A stretch of 64,000 nucleotides of DNA. Source: Heptranchias perlo (taxonomy: Eukaryota). The stretch covers positions 16,616,001-16,680,000 of the forward strand of contig NC_090339.1 of the NCBI RefSeq assembly GCF_035084215.1, given 5' to 3'. The translations under genes were made by a program, and so were the position numbers. A model generated the notes under the pieces. It saw only the letters and a program-made list of their open reading frames with translations, ran no database searches and was not told the DNA's origin. Shown here in pieces: positions 25,111-36,514 of the stretch (position 1 is the first letter of the stretch; every line of letters begins with the position of its first letter).

Positions 25111-26367
25111 ATGGGGGCCGCCTCGACATCCTCGGAGGACGAACAGCATCACCAGCCCCAGCAGCCTCGCAGTCCACGCCGTCCGCCTCAGCGACGTGGA
25201 GCCCCCCAACACGGTGCTGTGGTACACTCACCTGCACAGCAGGAGGGAGGGCAACCGCAGAGAGAGATGCGTCGCAGGAGACACTACCCTCCGCACAGGG
25301 TCTACAGACCGAGGCTCAGCTTCATGGACCTCTCCGAGGAGCAGTGCATACGTAGGCTCAGAGTCACTCGCCAGGTAGTCGCCGACATCTGCAGCCTCCT
25401 TAACGACGAGCTGCTCCCTGATGGACCAAGCAGCATCTTCTTACCCGTCACCGTCAAAGTCACCACTGCCCTCAACTTCTTCGCCTCCGGATCCTTCCAG
25501 GGTGCCAGCGGGGACATCACCGGGGTCTGTCAGTCCTCTGCACACAAGTGCATAAGGCAGGTCACCGATGGGTTGTTCCACAGGGCCTCGCACTACATCA
25601 ACTTCGCCATGGACGAGCGCAGCCAGATGGAGAGGGCGGTTGGTTTCCATGCTGTGGCTGGCTTCCCACGGGTGTAGGGTGTAATCGACTGCACCCACAT
25701 AGCAATACAGGCACCTCCACATGAGCCAGGTCTGTTCATCAACAGGAAGGGGTATCACTCCATGAACGCCCAGCTCATCCGTGACCACCGCCAGAGATTC
25801 CTACACGTGTGCGCCAGATACCCCGGCAGCTGCCACGATGCCTTCGTCCTCAGGGAGTCCCCCGTCCCGCCCCTCTTCCACGCACCCAACACCGGCAACG
25901 GCTGGCTCCTCGGCGACAAGGGGTATCCCCTGCACACGTGGCTCATGACACCTCTGAGGAACCCCATCACCGAGCCGCAGCGTCGATACAATGACAGCCA
26001 CATTGCAACCAGGTCTGCAATTGAGCAGGTCATAGGGCTGCTCAAGATGCGCTTCAGGTGCCTTGATCGTTCTGGGGGAGCGCTCCAATACACGCCACTC
26101 AGAGTGGGACGAATTATAGTTGTCTGCTGTGCCCTGCACAACATGGCCCAACAGAGAGGGGTGCAGCTGGAGGAGGCCCCATCCACACCCGCCACCCACA
26201 TTGAGGACGACGATGAGGAGGAGGAGGTGGAGGAGGAGGAGGTGGAGGAGGAGGAGGGGGAGGAGGAGGACGAGCGCGAGGATGAGGAACGACCCATGGG
26301 CCGAACACTGGCTCACTGGGATGCTAGCCAGGCCAGGGAGGCACTCATATGTCAACGGTTCTCCTAG
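25111..26367 (+). pseudogene. Harbinger DDE transposase (HARBI1-like) of element A, one in-frame TAG at 25675-25677
   Basis: ORFs 24940..25677 and 25762..26367 are in the same frame. Motifs: [30 protein letters not shown] (D1), [27 protein letters not shown] (D2), [18 protein letters not shown] (E), CCALHN, acidic tail. The start at ATG 25111 is inferred. Confidence 0.93.
26203..26289 (+). repeat. (GAG)n-rich low-complexity tract encoding the transposase acidic tail
   Basis: GAGGAGGAGGAGGTGGAGGAG... translates to [29 protein letters not shown]. Confidence 0.9.
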
Positions 26368-26666
26368 GATCAGACAGTCTGAGGCGTTCACATCTCATCA
26401 CGTGCACAGACGAGGGGCCATACCAGCCCCCTCCACAGAAGAGTGGTGCCAGTACTCCTGCACCCACTGTAGTGTGCCCAATGGGCGGGACCAGGTGTTC
26501 GTCGTCATGATGGCCCGCACGGAAGGAACCTATTGCACAAGCCGCAGAAGAATGGACGAGAGGTGGCAGGAGTGGTGAGAACGATTGTGTTTACTCTGTA
26601 CTTAGTGAACGACTATAAACAAAAACATTACAAATTGACAGACACCCTGGTGCATTCCCTTTGTGC

Positions 26667-28504
26667 TTATAACACCCTTGGCTTACGTTTACGGGAACCC
26701 CTACGTGGTGCTACCCCTGTGGCTCCAGCAGAGGTAGTGGCAGGTTGCTCCTGTTCGTGCCCTGACCGGGTAGATGCTTTGGGCTGACGCCCCCTGGGTT
26801 TCGGTGCCCGTGAGGGCACCTCCACAGACTGCTCCTCCTGCACCTGTGCAGGGGCAGACTCGGCCACCTGGAGAGGAGGCACCATTGCGGGTACTGGTTG
26901 AGAGGGGGGCAACGGGTGAGACGTGGGGGCACCTCGAGTAGCGTCCCAGCTTCCATGTCCCCATTCACCATCATCCCTCTCATGGCCTCGGCCCACATCA
27001 CCCCTTCCACCCTGCTGGACGACAGTTTGGATGGCATGTGTGAGGCCTTGCAAGGCCACCTCTAGTGTATCCGTCAGCCCGTTTATGGCGGCAGAATGTT
27101 GCTCACCCTGAATCCGAACAGCCGTTGTCAGGGCCTGCATGGACTCGATGTTGAGCTGTGCGTGCCGCTCGAGGGAGGCTAGCCTGTCCTCCACCGCAGA
27201 CGTTCCCGCACCTACCCGCGACACTATGTCGCTGATACCCTCCTGTACCTGCGCCACCAATGCCCGCATGCAGGAGTTGGACTCCTCCATCACCTGCGCG
27301 ATTGTGGACAATGCGCGTGGCACCTCTCCCAGTACCTCGGCAATGTGCTGGTGCCCCTCGACGACTCTCCTTTTGACTGGTGGCCCCCTGGGTTCAGCAT
27401 CTGGGTCCGGCTGAGCAGAGCCTGGAGAAGAGTGCTCCCACCGACGCTGACCCTCCGCGGCTGCCCCTGCCACCAGGGTCTGCTCATGCTCACACGTGCG
27501 CGGTGACTCACCATGTGCAACCCCAACTAGTTGGTGAGGGGGACCCACCGAGGTGTGTGTATCTGCGCTGGTGGGTGGTTGGCTCATATGTGATGATGGA
27601 CCCTCAGAGACCGGCATGTCCTCTGAGGAATCGCCCTCCTCACACACAGCGCTCGCAGACGGCCCTGCAAGAGAACAGAGGGCAATATCAGGCATGTGCA
27701 CAAACGTTGCGGTGCGGCAGATGCCAGGTGATGCTAAGGTCATTCGCGATCATGAGTGCTGAGTGTCAGCTTTCCCTTACCGGCCGTTTCTGCAGCCCCA
27801 GCCTCGCCATCCGCCACGGAGAGGCAATGTTGCGTGCGGCTGATATCCAGCGTCTCCACCTCTGCGTCCGTCAGTACCAGCAGGTGTGGCGGGCCCCCTC
27901 CGGTGCGGTCCCTTTCTCTGGCGTTCTTGCATCTCTTCTCCTGTCAAGGCAAAACACAGATGCGTGAGTGAGTGCAGATTGCATAGTGAGACGCCTCAAG
28001 CATCGGTGTGGGTGGGTTGAGCGTGGGGCAGATGGATGGGAGGATGCGTGTGCCACATGCCCATCCCATTGCATGGGGATTGGGGTGTGTGGTAGTGTTC
28101 GAGTGGGGACAGGGACGGTGGGTAGGTGCAGGCACGGTGAGGATGGTAGTTGAGTGGCTGTGAGGATTGCTGTGGGAGCGCTGTGGTGGCTGTGCAGAAG
28201 GGGTTGTGAGATGTTTGGCGTGATTTTGGAGACGGGTTGTGGGAGGGTGCATTAGTGTACTCACTTTGCCGGACCTAGTGAGGTCATTGAATCGCTTTCT
28301 ACACTGCACCCATGTCCTGGTGGTGCTGCCCCTGCTGCTGACCTCCGCCTCCACCTCTGCCCATGCCTTCCTGGTGGCGGAGCCAGGGCTCTTCCGTCCG
28401 TCACTCGGGAACAGCGTGTCCCTCCTCCTCCTCACACCATCCAGCAGCAGCTGGAGCGGGAGGTCCGAAAACCGTGGTGCAGCCTTACCCCTGGGGTGCT
28501 CCAT
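26667..28504 (-). CDS. Myb/SANT-like (trihelix) DNA-binding partner protein of element A; 3 exons 28504-28265, 27940-27781, 27664-26667; 465 aa, no stops
   Basis: Exon 1 MEHPRGKAAPRFSD...AWAEV...RTWVQCRKRFNDLTRSGK then GTGAGT. Acceptor TTGACAG, exon 2 EKRCKNARERDRTGGGPP...ETA then GTAAG. Acceptor CTTGCAG, exon 3 in frame with ORF 26667..27743 ending RRGSRKRKPRVL*. Exon lengths 240+160+998=1398 nt. Confidence 0.88.
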
Positions 28505-28550
28505 GGTGTGCTGCCTCTTGTTTGCAGCTGGAGGGGCTTTGGTGGACTGC

Positions 28551-28562
28551 CCCTTTAAATAG
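28551..28562 (-). promoter_or_regulatory. TATA-like box (CTATTTAAAGGG) upstream of the element A Myb gene
   Basis: About 47 nt upstream of ATG 28504. The same motif recurs upstream of other Harbinger ORFs in the window. Confidence 0.5.
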
Positions 28563-29984
28563 AGCTCCACCATCGCGCGAACGTCAATGCGCATGCGCAG
28601 GCCGCCGGCGCGCAGCTGGGGAGCGGAGAACCCGTAACCACGGCTTAATGGCATCAATTATCCCGCGATCGCGCGGGGGGTGCACTCATTTAGCCGTCCG
28701 CGTTTTCCACGCTCCCAATGGACCACCCGCCGGGAACCCACAGGCCTGCTAAAATCAGGCCCAATGTGTATGAATAAATGGGAGGAAACTATGTGCACTT
28801 ATTTCTGGAAGAAGAGGCTTAGTATCCCAGAACAGGAGGGAGAAATTATGGATAGACTTTATGGGAAGAGCTAAAGAAGTAGCCAAATTTGGTACTAGAA
28901 CCTCGCAAATCAATATACAACAAGACCTAGAAAAGAAGACTGCAGTTTGACAGCAGCATTTTTGTAAAAAAATAATCTCAAGTAATAGTGCCATTGATTG
29001 ACTTTTATATGACTCTTCCTGGAAAATGAGAAAACCTTTTTCATTATTGAGACTAAATAGAGTTATAGAGTTGGAGAAGTGGGAGGGCAGAATTTCGTCA
29101 GGGGTTCCTCAGGCCTCCCACCTTAACTCCAGCAGAGAGCCCTCAACATTGACAGTGGTGACTTGCAATCAGTCCATCAATATTATTCATAAAGCCCAGA
29201 GATTCACAGAGAGTAATAAGCTGTTCTATCCAACAGTATTAGTGGGAGGAATTATCCATGTTGTAGCTATAATAGGTAACGGCTCAATGGCTTACATCAT
29301 CAGGGAGAGGACTGAGCAAAGACGTAAAATAATAGGATCCATCACTGACCCCACAACTCAGAAGAACTGGATGTCATCTTAATGGGATGAGGGGGACAGA
29401 AGGTTAGACCCACAGCCATTTGTGATTTACAGTTAAAGATACTTAGCACTAAAATGTTAGTCATGGTTTGATGGTCCCAAGCCAGTGCAACAACATGATC
29501 ATAGGTACAAATGTCCTTAAGCACTTACTAGGCAATTGAAGGGGACTAAGGTTTATTGGAGATAACTCTGACTTATGAGACAAGAGGAAGAGCAGTAAGC
29601 TTCATGACTTACTAGCAAACCTAACTAGGTAGAGGGTTAAGGAAATCCCAAAGAGAGTGGAACCACAAAACTCCAGCAAACAATTTATGAGAATAATCAG
29701 TTCTAACACTGCAACACTAAATTCCCTGACATTAGAATAATAGAATTCTTGAATATTACAGAACAGAAACAGGCTATCAACCCCACAAGGCTGCACCAGA
29801 ATCGTTCTCCATGAGTCGTCTGGTCTAGTCTAATCATCTAGTCTAATCTCTCTTTTCATACCCTTTAATATTTGTTTTTACAATCAAATATTTAATTACT
29901 TTTTAGAAGAATTAGTGGACTCTGTTTCAGCAATGGCTTGTGGCAGAGGATTCTATATCCTAACCATCCTCCATTAAAGACTTT

Positions 29985-31669
29985 AGGCGCTAAATTGGGC
30001 CATGTAGCGCCCGTTGTTTCGGCACTACATGGCCTCTCCGACATCCAAGATGGCTTTTTGGATGCGGACACACGTTCCCTGCGTGACGTGCGCCAGACGC
30101 CATCTTGGTATAGGAGTTTGCGCAGGTGCAGATAACAAATGCTGGAATCATGTAAAGTAGGGGAAAAATGGCTTCAATCAGTGTACAATGCTGACTTAAA
30201 GTGATAGACACCATTTTGGGACGTAACGCTCAACTCAATGCACAATCTTAACCCCTACCATCTGAACATGTCTCAGAGTGGCTGGAGGACCCCCCACCGG
30301 CGCTATTTAAAGGGACCATGCAGGATTTACAGGTTAGTGGCTAGATTATTGCTTCTGGCTGACGAGAAATTTGTAACTGTTTTTGGAGGTCTCCTAGGCT
30401 TCAATACTAGGACGCGGGGACATAGTCTAACATTTAGAGCCAGGATGTGCAGGAGTGAAGTTAGGAAATGCTTCTACATGCAAAGGGTGGGAGACGTTTG
30501 GAACACTCTTCTGCAGACGGCAGTTGATGCTAGCTCAATTGTGAATGTTAAATCTGAGATTGATAGATTTTTGTGAACCAAGGGTATTAAGGAATATGGG
30601 GCTAAGGCTAGTGTATGGAGTTAGGTCACAGGTCCACCATGATCTCATTGAATGGTGGAACAGGCTCGAGGGGCTAAATGCCACGGTGACTGGCTGCCTC
30701 TTGATATGCGCCACCTTCTCCTGCAAGAAAGCGGGACGTGTGCCTGGGTGATGTGCCTGTCATGGTTGAATAGCTGCCAGTGTGTGTGGCCTGTGAGTTG
30801 TGGGTGTGTGGCTTGAAACAGTGGTAATGTGTAAGGGTGAGAGGAAGCATCTGATTGGAAGAGTTGATTACTGATGGAAAGAGTTTATTGGTATATGGGG
30901 GATGGGGGGGTGTAGTGCGTGGTGCAGTTGGTAGGAGACGCCACTTGACAGTTGACCTCACTCACCTTGCCCACTCATGTCAAAGCATTGAACTTCTTCC
31001 TGCACTGCATCCATGTTCATGATGCTGTGCGTCTGGCATTGACTTCATCCCCCGCTGCCTCTTACTATCTTCTGACTTTATATCTGGAGGGCCTCTTGCC
31101 GCCCCCCCAGCCTCCTGCGGATATAGGATGTCCCTCCTTCCGTCCACCTCTTGCACCCAAGGCCTCTAGTGCACCAGCAGAGAACCTTGGTGCATGCACT
31201 CTCGCAGGCCTGGTATCAACTCAGATCGGCAGATTGGTGAGGTCTGGTGTGCAGATTGGAGGATGTGGGATTTAGTAGTACGCAATCTTTATTTAATGTT
31301 TTAACATAATTCATCAGTGTGTAAACATAGGGATGGGATCTGCATCTGTGTTTTATGTGTGCAATGTCTGATCTCTGTTCAGACGCCATGCAGACAGTAG
31401 ACTGTTATTTTCAGCAAATAACAGGTACCAGATACCTTTAAGAGATTTCTAAGAAACATCCTCCCCTTAAGAGATTGAGTTCCCTCTGATGGTAGAAAGT
31501 GCAAATTGCATTGATTCCACATGCAAGGCCTGGAAAGGAACGCCGATTGCAGGTAAGTGCTCCCGTGGGTCCAAACTTGCGTCCTGCCTGCGCAGGGTCT
31601 GTCGGGCGTGGGGTGGTTGCGCATCACGATACCACCGCCCAAAACAGACCCTTATTGAATTTTTCCCCC
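29985..31669 (-). mobile_element. Non-autonomous Harbinger-CR1 chimera, copy 2
   Basis: Reverse-complement homolog of 55608-57271 with TTT on both flanks. CR1 piece at ~30405-30681. Confidence 0.9.
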
Positions 31670-31789
31670 TTTTTTTCTATTCTCTCCTTTAATTCTTTCT
31701 GTGACTACCATAAATATGTGCCTCTTGTTGCTATCTCGCTGACCAATGAAAACAGTCTATCACTGTTCACCCATCATAATCTTGAAGAC

Positions 31790-32350
31790 AACTGTCAGGT
31801 CAACCCTTAACTTTCTCAGCTCCAGTGAACAAAACTCTTAACTTTTGAAGTCTTTCTTCAGAATTTAAACTCCATCTGCCAGGTAACATCCCAACAAATC
31901 TACATTGTACTTTTTCCATTACTTTTATATGCTTCCTATAATTGGATGCCCAAAACAGTACCCTGTATTCTAACTGTTTTCTGACTAAGTTCAACACTAC
32001 CTCTGCTTTTGTATTCAATGAATCTAGATGCTAAACCAAGGATTCTGTTTGCCTTTTTCAATTTGCCTTAGCTACTGTGCTGTCACCTTTAATGACTTGT
32101 GTATTTGTACACCAAGGGGCCTCTGTTCTTCTACTCCATTTAAAATCTTACCATTTAAGGCATATTTCCTTTTCCTTTTCTTACTTCCAAAATGTATAAC
32201 CTTACAGTTTCTTTTTACATTCATTGCACTACATCTGCCACGTATCTGCCCATCCTGCAATACTACATTTGTCCTCCTGTAGTCTTTCACAATCTTCATC
32301 ACAATGTGCATTACCCCCCTCCCAATTTGGTGTTGTCAACAAATTTCAAT
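31790..32350 (-). mobile_element. Old CR1 fragment
   Basis: CKVIHFG, QRPLGVQIHKSLK, QLEYRVLFWA. Confidence 0.85.
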
Positions 32351-32352
32351 AT

Positions 32353-32520
32353 TGGGGTAAATTTTCTAAGTAAGCGCCACCAATGTGTATCCAAAAATCA
32401 CAGATGCGTTTTCCATTTTTGATGCAATGGACAGAAAATTGCAAGCCATATGCTTACAAGTTTCTGATCTGTTCTAGTGGTGGGTGCTTGTTGTTAGCAC
32501 ATAGTTGGAAAATTTAGGCT
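32353..32520. mobile_element. Degraded MITE
   Basis: GGGGTAAATTTTC ... GAAAATTTAGG ends, central CCATTTTTGATGCAATGG. Confidence 0.45.
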
Positions 32521-32759
32521 ATTGTTCCCTCAATTCCTGTCCAGATCATTTAAGTATATCATAAATAAAAGAGGCCCTATCACATGTTTCCAGTCTGAGA
32601 AATTTCCTTTTACATTAGCTCATAAACAGCTCTGGAAGATTTGGACTTGGAAATAAAGAGCAAGGTGTACATACTGAGAATCAGAGGGCCATGTCAAGCT
32701 CTCAGACATCCCAGAACGACAACAATAGTCCATCTGTAGAATGCCTAGTGATGTTAATC

Positions 32760-34300
32760 CCCTTTTCAAAGAACCAGGTTTGAATGATGTTGATATGATT
32801 CCATGTGAAGTGTCTGATGTTTGGAAAGGTCAATTTGTGGATTTGATGGTAAAATATCAAGACATATTTTTGAAGGAGAAGCTGGACTGTGGGAAAACCA
32901 AAGGCTTTACACACCAAATCAATTGAAAGTTGAGAGATTTCATTCCGGCTGCCGCTTCATAGATTTCTGCTGCTAGTTGCAGTAAATTAGACAAGCCCTA
33001 AATGAAATGGAAGAGAAGGAGATCATTCAAAAATCAACCTGTGAGCAGGCTTCTTCCTTCTGGTTATATAGAAGAAATTTGGCAAGAGTTTGTACAGACT
33101 TCAGAGAGCTCAACATTCATACCTTCAAGAACACACACCCTCTACTATCACAGTTTGATGCTTTGGCAGCATTGGGAGGGAACATCATATTCACCTTTAT
33201 GGACCTCACATCAGGCTTTTATAACATGTCCCTACACAAAGAAGGCAAAAAGCTTACAGTACAGTGGGGCTTGTTTTAGTATTATTAATTACCCCAGGTA
33301 ATTCTGTAACTCCACTGGCTCTTTTATGAGAATCACGACTTGCATTTTTGAAAACCAGAATGACATCAGCCTTCTCTGCTGTCTAGACGATCTCTTGCTC
33401 TTTGCACCTAATGAAGAAACAACCTTGCAAACTGGTTTTCAGTCACTTGTGGCAGAATGGGTAGAAAATTACAGAATGTGTACCTGCAATGTGCTCTCAA
33501 GGCATATGGATCCCCACTGGAAGTGTGGCATCAGCCCTTTGATTCATGAGCTGTCATTAACTGCTGGTGTGGAAATATCAGGCACCACCATTTACCGCTC
33601 AGCAGGGATTGGAAATGTGGCCCAACTGAAGCTGACACTTGGCAATTTGACCAGAGTTCTGCCTCCTCAGTGTAAGAATGGGTGGCCTCAAATGTTAAAT
33701 GTTTTTTGCTTATAATTGTGCCATTCATGAATCAACACCACTCAACCTTACGTTCGAGCAGGTTCCAAAAATTACCATGGAGCTTATAAGATGGATTTTC
33801 AACTTGCTACCCGGGCGTAAAAGTGGCTTTGCGGATCAGCTGTAATATTGATTTGATTGGAAATGAAAGTCGGGCGGTTTCTATAACAGGCGGCCGATCG
33901 GCAATGCTGGTTTCACACCCGGGTGGCAAATTGAAAATCTACCCTTATGTTTGGTCATCCCCCCTTGCAAGCTGAGATTACTGCCGATTGATGATGCACA
34001 CCTCAAAAGTGTACATGAAGACCACTGTGAAGCTGTAGGAGTTGCCTGGAAGAATGTTACCAAAGAACATCAGCGTCAGAGAGCGCAGTACAACCAGAAA
34101 GTAAAAGGAGTCTCAATAGAGGCACGTGATCAAGCATTCCTTACTAATAAAAAGGAAAGGAGAGAAATAAAATTAGCAGACTACTAGGGAACCACTATGT
34201 ATCAATGAGTTGAGAAGCACACATGAATTTTAGTATTCAGAATAAAATATGCCTTAACAAATGAAGAAAAAATATTACATAGTAACCTTCTGATGGAAGC
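32760..34300 (+). pseudogene. Gypsy/Ty3 LTR-retrotransposon pol relic (RT and integrase pieces)
   Basis: KYQDIF...GKTKGFTHQI, EIIQKST, RVCTDFRELN, FMDLTSGFYNM, CLDDLLLFA (YLDD-like), QRAQYNQKVK. Many stops and deletions. No LTR recognised. Confidence 0.8.
33792..33944. mobile_element. Palindromic MITE inserted in the Gypsy relic
   Basis: GATTTTCAACTTGCTACCCGGGCGTAAAA / TTTCACACCCGGGTGGCAAATTGAAAATC inverted arms. Confidence 0.7.
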
Positions 34301-36514
34301 TAACTTACTTGGAGATGACCACAATTCAATCTTGATGACAGGAGGAATTCAAATTGAGAGTTCTGACTCAAGGGTCCAGGGGGTAAAATTCAATTTCAGC
34401 CAGGATGCAAGACAAGCGGTAGCACGTAGCGCACCTGTTATTCGCCCCATTAGATTTTCCTTTCCATTTATGTCATCTACAGAGTTACAAACTGAAAAAT
34501 AAGTGGACCGATGGGATCCAGATGATATGAGCAGCCACTCTGAAGCTTTGAAAGTTTCTCAGATTATTCTTGACTACAAACGTAGATATGGAGCAGCAGT
34601 GAAGTTCAGTGAGACGCGGCAGCAGATTACTGTGAAACTCCGGGACGATTTTCAACTTTGGTCCAAAAGTGGGTGCCCGCCCGATGAATTGTGCGGGAGG
34701 CCTGAACAATTTTCCTATACCTTTTAAAACAAATATAATCAATTAATTTGACCTGTTTTTCACAGCTACTTCACTTTTTTTTTAAAAAAAAAGCAAAATA
34801 TGCACAATCCAAAAATTATATATCGCATTAGAATACATAGAATTTACAGCATGGAAACAGGCCATTCCTCCCTTCCCAACTGGCAAACTTGCAGCATGCC
34901 AGCAGCCACACAAGTGAGGCCCTAGCTTCAAACTGGCTCAGGGCTCAGGGCGGTAACAACGTGTGGGTGGTAGGACTGCTCCCCCACCAACCGCCCCCAT
35001 TGAACCAATATAAACCAACCGTATAGTGTGAAAAATTGTTTATGGCATGCTATTAAACTTGTAAAATGACTGTGATGAATATTAGCTTGGTATTTGTGAC
35101 CCATTATATTTCAGTAATGGAATAAAAATGATAAAGGGCCCTGCAAATGGTAGATCTTGTGTCCAGTATAAAGTTCAAAAAGTTGTGTTTACATATACTA
35201 ATGAGGTTAGCATAGCTATTTCATAAAATAAAGTGTTCAGTCGTAATACGTAGCAAGGAATAGTAAACAGCCTATAATAGTGAGAGCTAGAAATCTTCTC
35301 ATAAATATGTTTAAATAACTTGGCAGGGTTACTTATGTACTGGCTTATGAAGTAGAGATATATTGGGACTCCAATCCCCTGTAGTGATACTGTACTGATG
35401 GAAATATGAAAAGAGTTATGAATAATGTAGTTTACATGTTGTTATTGTTATTCTACCAATTGGCAATATTTTTAAAAAGGGATGAGATTTGAAACGTTAA
35501 GTTTTGCACTTAAAATCTTGCCACTCTATAAAGTTTATTTTGTTATAACTTGTGAGTGATTGAGCCGCCTGAATTTTTTATGTATCTGTATATCTGAGAG
35601 AAATATATATAAAGAACAGTAAAAGGGTCAACATAAAAGAGGGGAATGGGACTAATTGGATAGCTCTTTCAAAGAGCCAGCACAGACACGATGGGCTAAA
35701 TTACCTCCTTCTATGCTCTATGATTCTATGAAATCCTGTAAAGGTTGTATAATCATTTAAATTTGAAGGAGGTGAAAGATTTTGAGTAAAAGTCCTGAAT
35801 TTAAACATGTAGCAGAACCTTTTTTTAATAACATGAAGTACCATCGCAGGTATATTTGATTAGGAAAGTAAGATGCAAGTTAGTTCAGTCAGCCTTGAAT
35901 TTGCACGGACTGCAATTCTGGCAAATACACTTGGATCAAGACTACCAGTGCTCTCCAGTGCTCACCGATGGGGGACTATGCAGCGTCGGGGGACAGCTAT
36001 TGCCATTAGGGCACATCTTAGGCATCGGTCTCGTCCCACAGGTTGGAAACTACAGTGCAACTCTCCCATTCTGGGGAATGGCTGTTCCCCTCCCCTTCCC
36101 CATCCTCAAAAACCCACAGATGATATGACAGGGGTACTTTAACAATTAAGAAAAAAGATCCTTTCCTCCTTATCTTGGAGGCCTCAGAAGGCTGGAATGC
36201 CTCATCTCACTCCGCATACTGGCCTCAAACACCAGCTCACTTTGAGGCCAAGGATGTGGCACTTCCAGCATAGTGAGTGCCTGCCCTTGGTCCCATCCCC
36301 TCCACATCAGTGGCCTTGTTTGGGGTGGGTAAGATCGGTACCTGCCGAAACCAGACCCCAGTCGAATTTGCAGCCAATCCAGAATGGACAAGAATTTCAG
36401 GGCCATCTTTTCAGTTTTATCATTTCTGATCTTAATTTAAAGAACAATCCCCAAAGTAAAGGAGCAATTTACTTATTCAATATTGTAGGTAGGAGCTGAT
36501 GTTTTCAATCTCTT

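Larger units (their letters stand above)
24564..28762 (+). mobile_element. PIF/Harbinger DNA transposon, near-intact autonomous copy (element A, 4199 bp)
   Basis: Left TIR GGGCCCGATTTTAGCA (24564) matches the reverse complement of TGCTAAAATCAGGCCC (ends 28762) with 1 mismatch. TSD AAT at 24561-63 and 28763-65. Holds convergent transposase and Myb/SANT genes. CpG-rich relative to flanks. Confidence 0.97.

Noticed and set aside
24940-26367. Domesticated host gene HARBI1
   Set aside because: It is flanked by TIRs and a TSD, paired with a convergent Myb gene and carries a nonsense codon, so it is a transposon. No gene symbol assigned.
25755-26391. Poly-Ser, poly-Pro and poly-Leu ORFs on the minus strand
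   Set aside because: These are antisense shadows of the GAG-rich transposase tail
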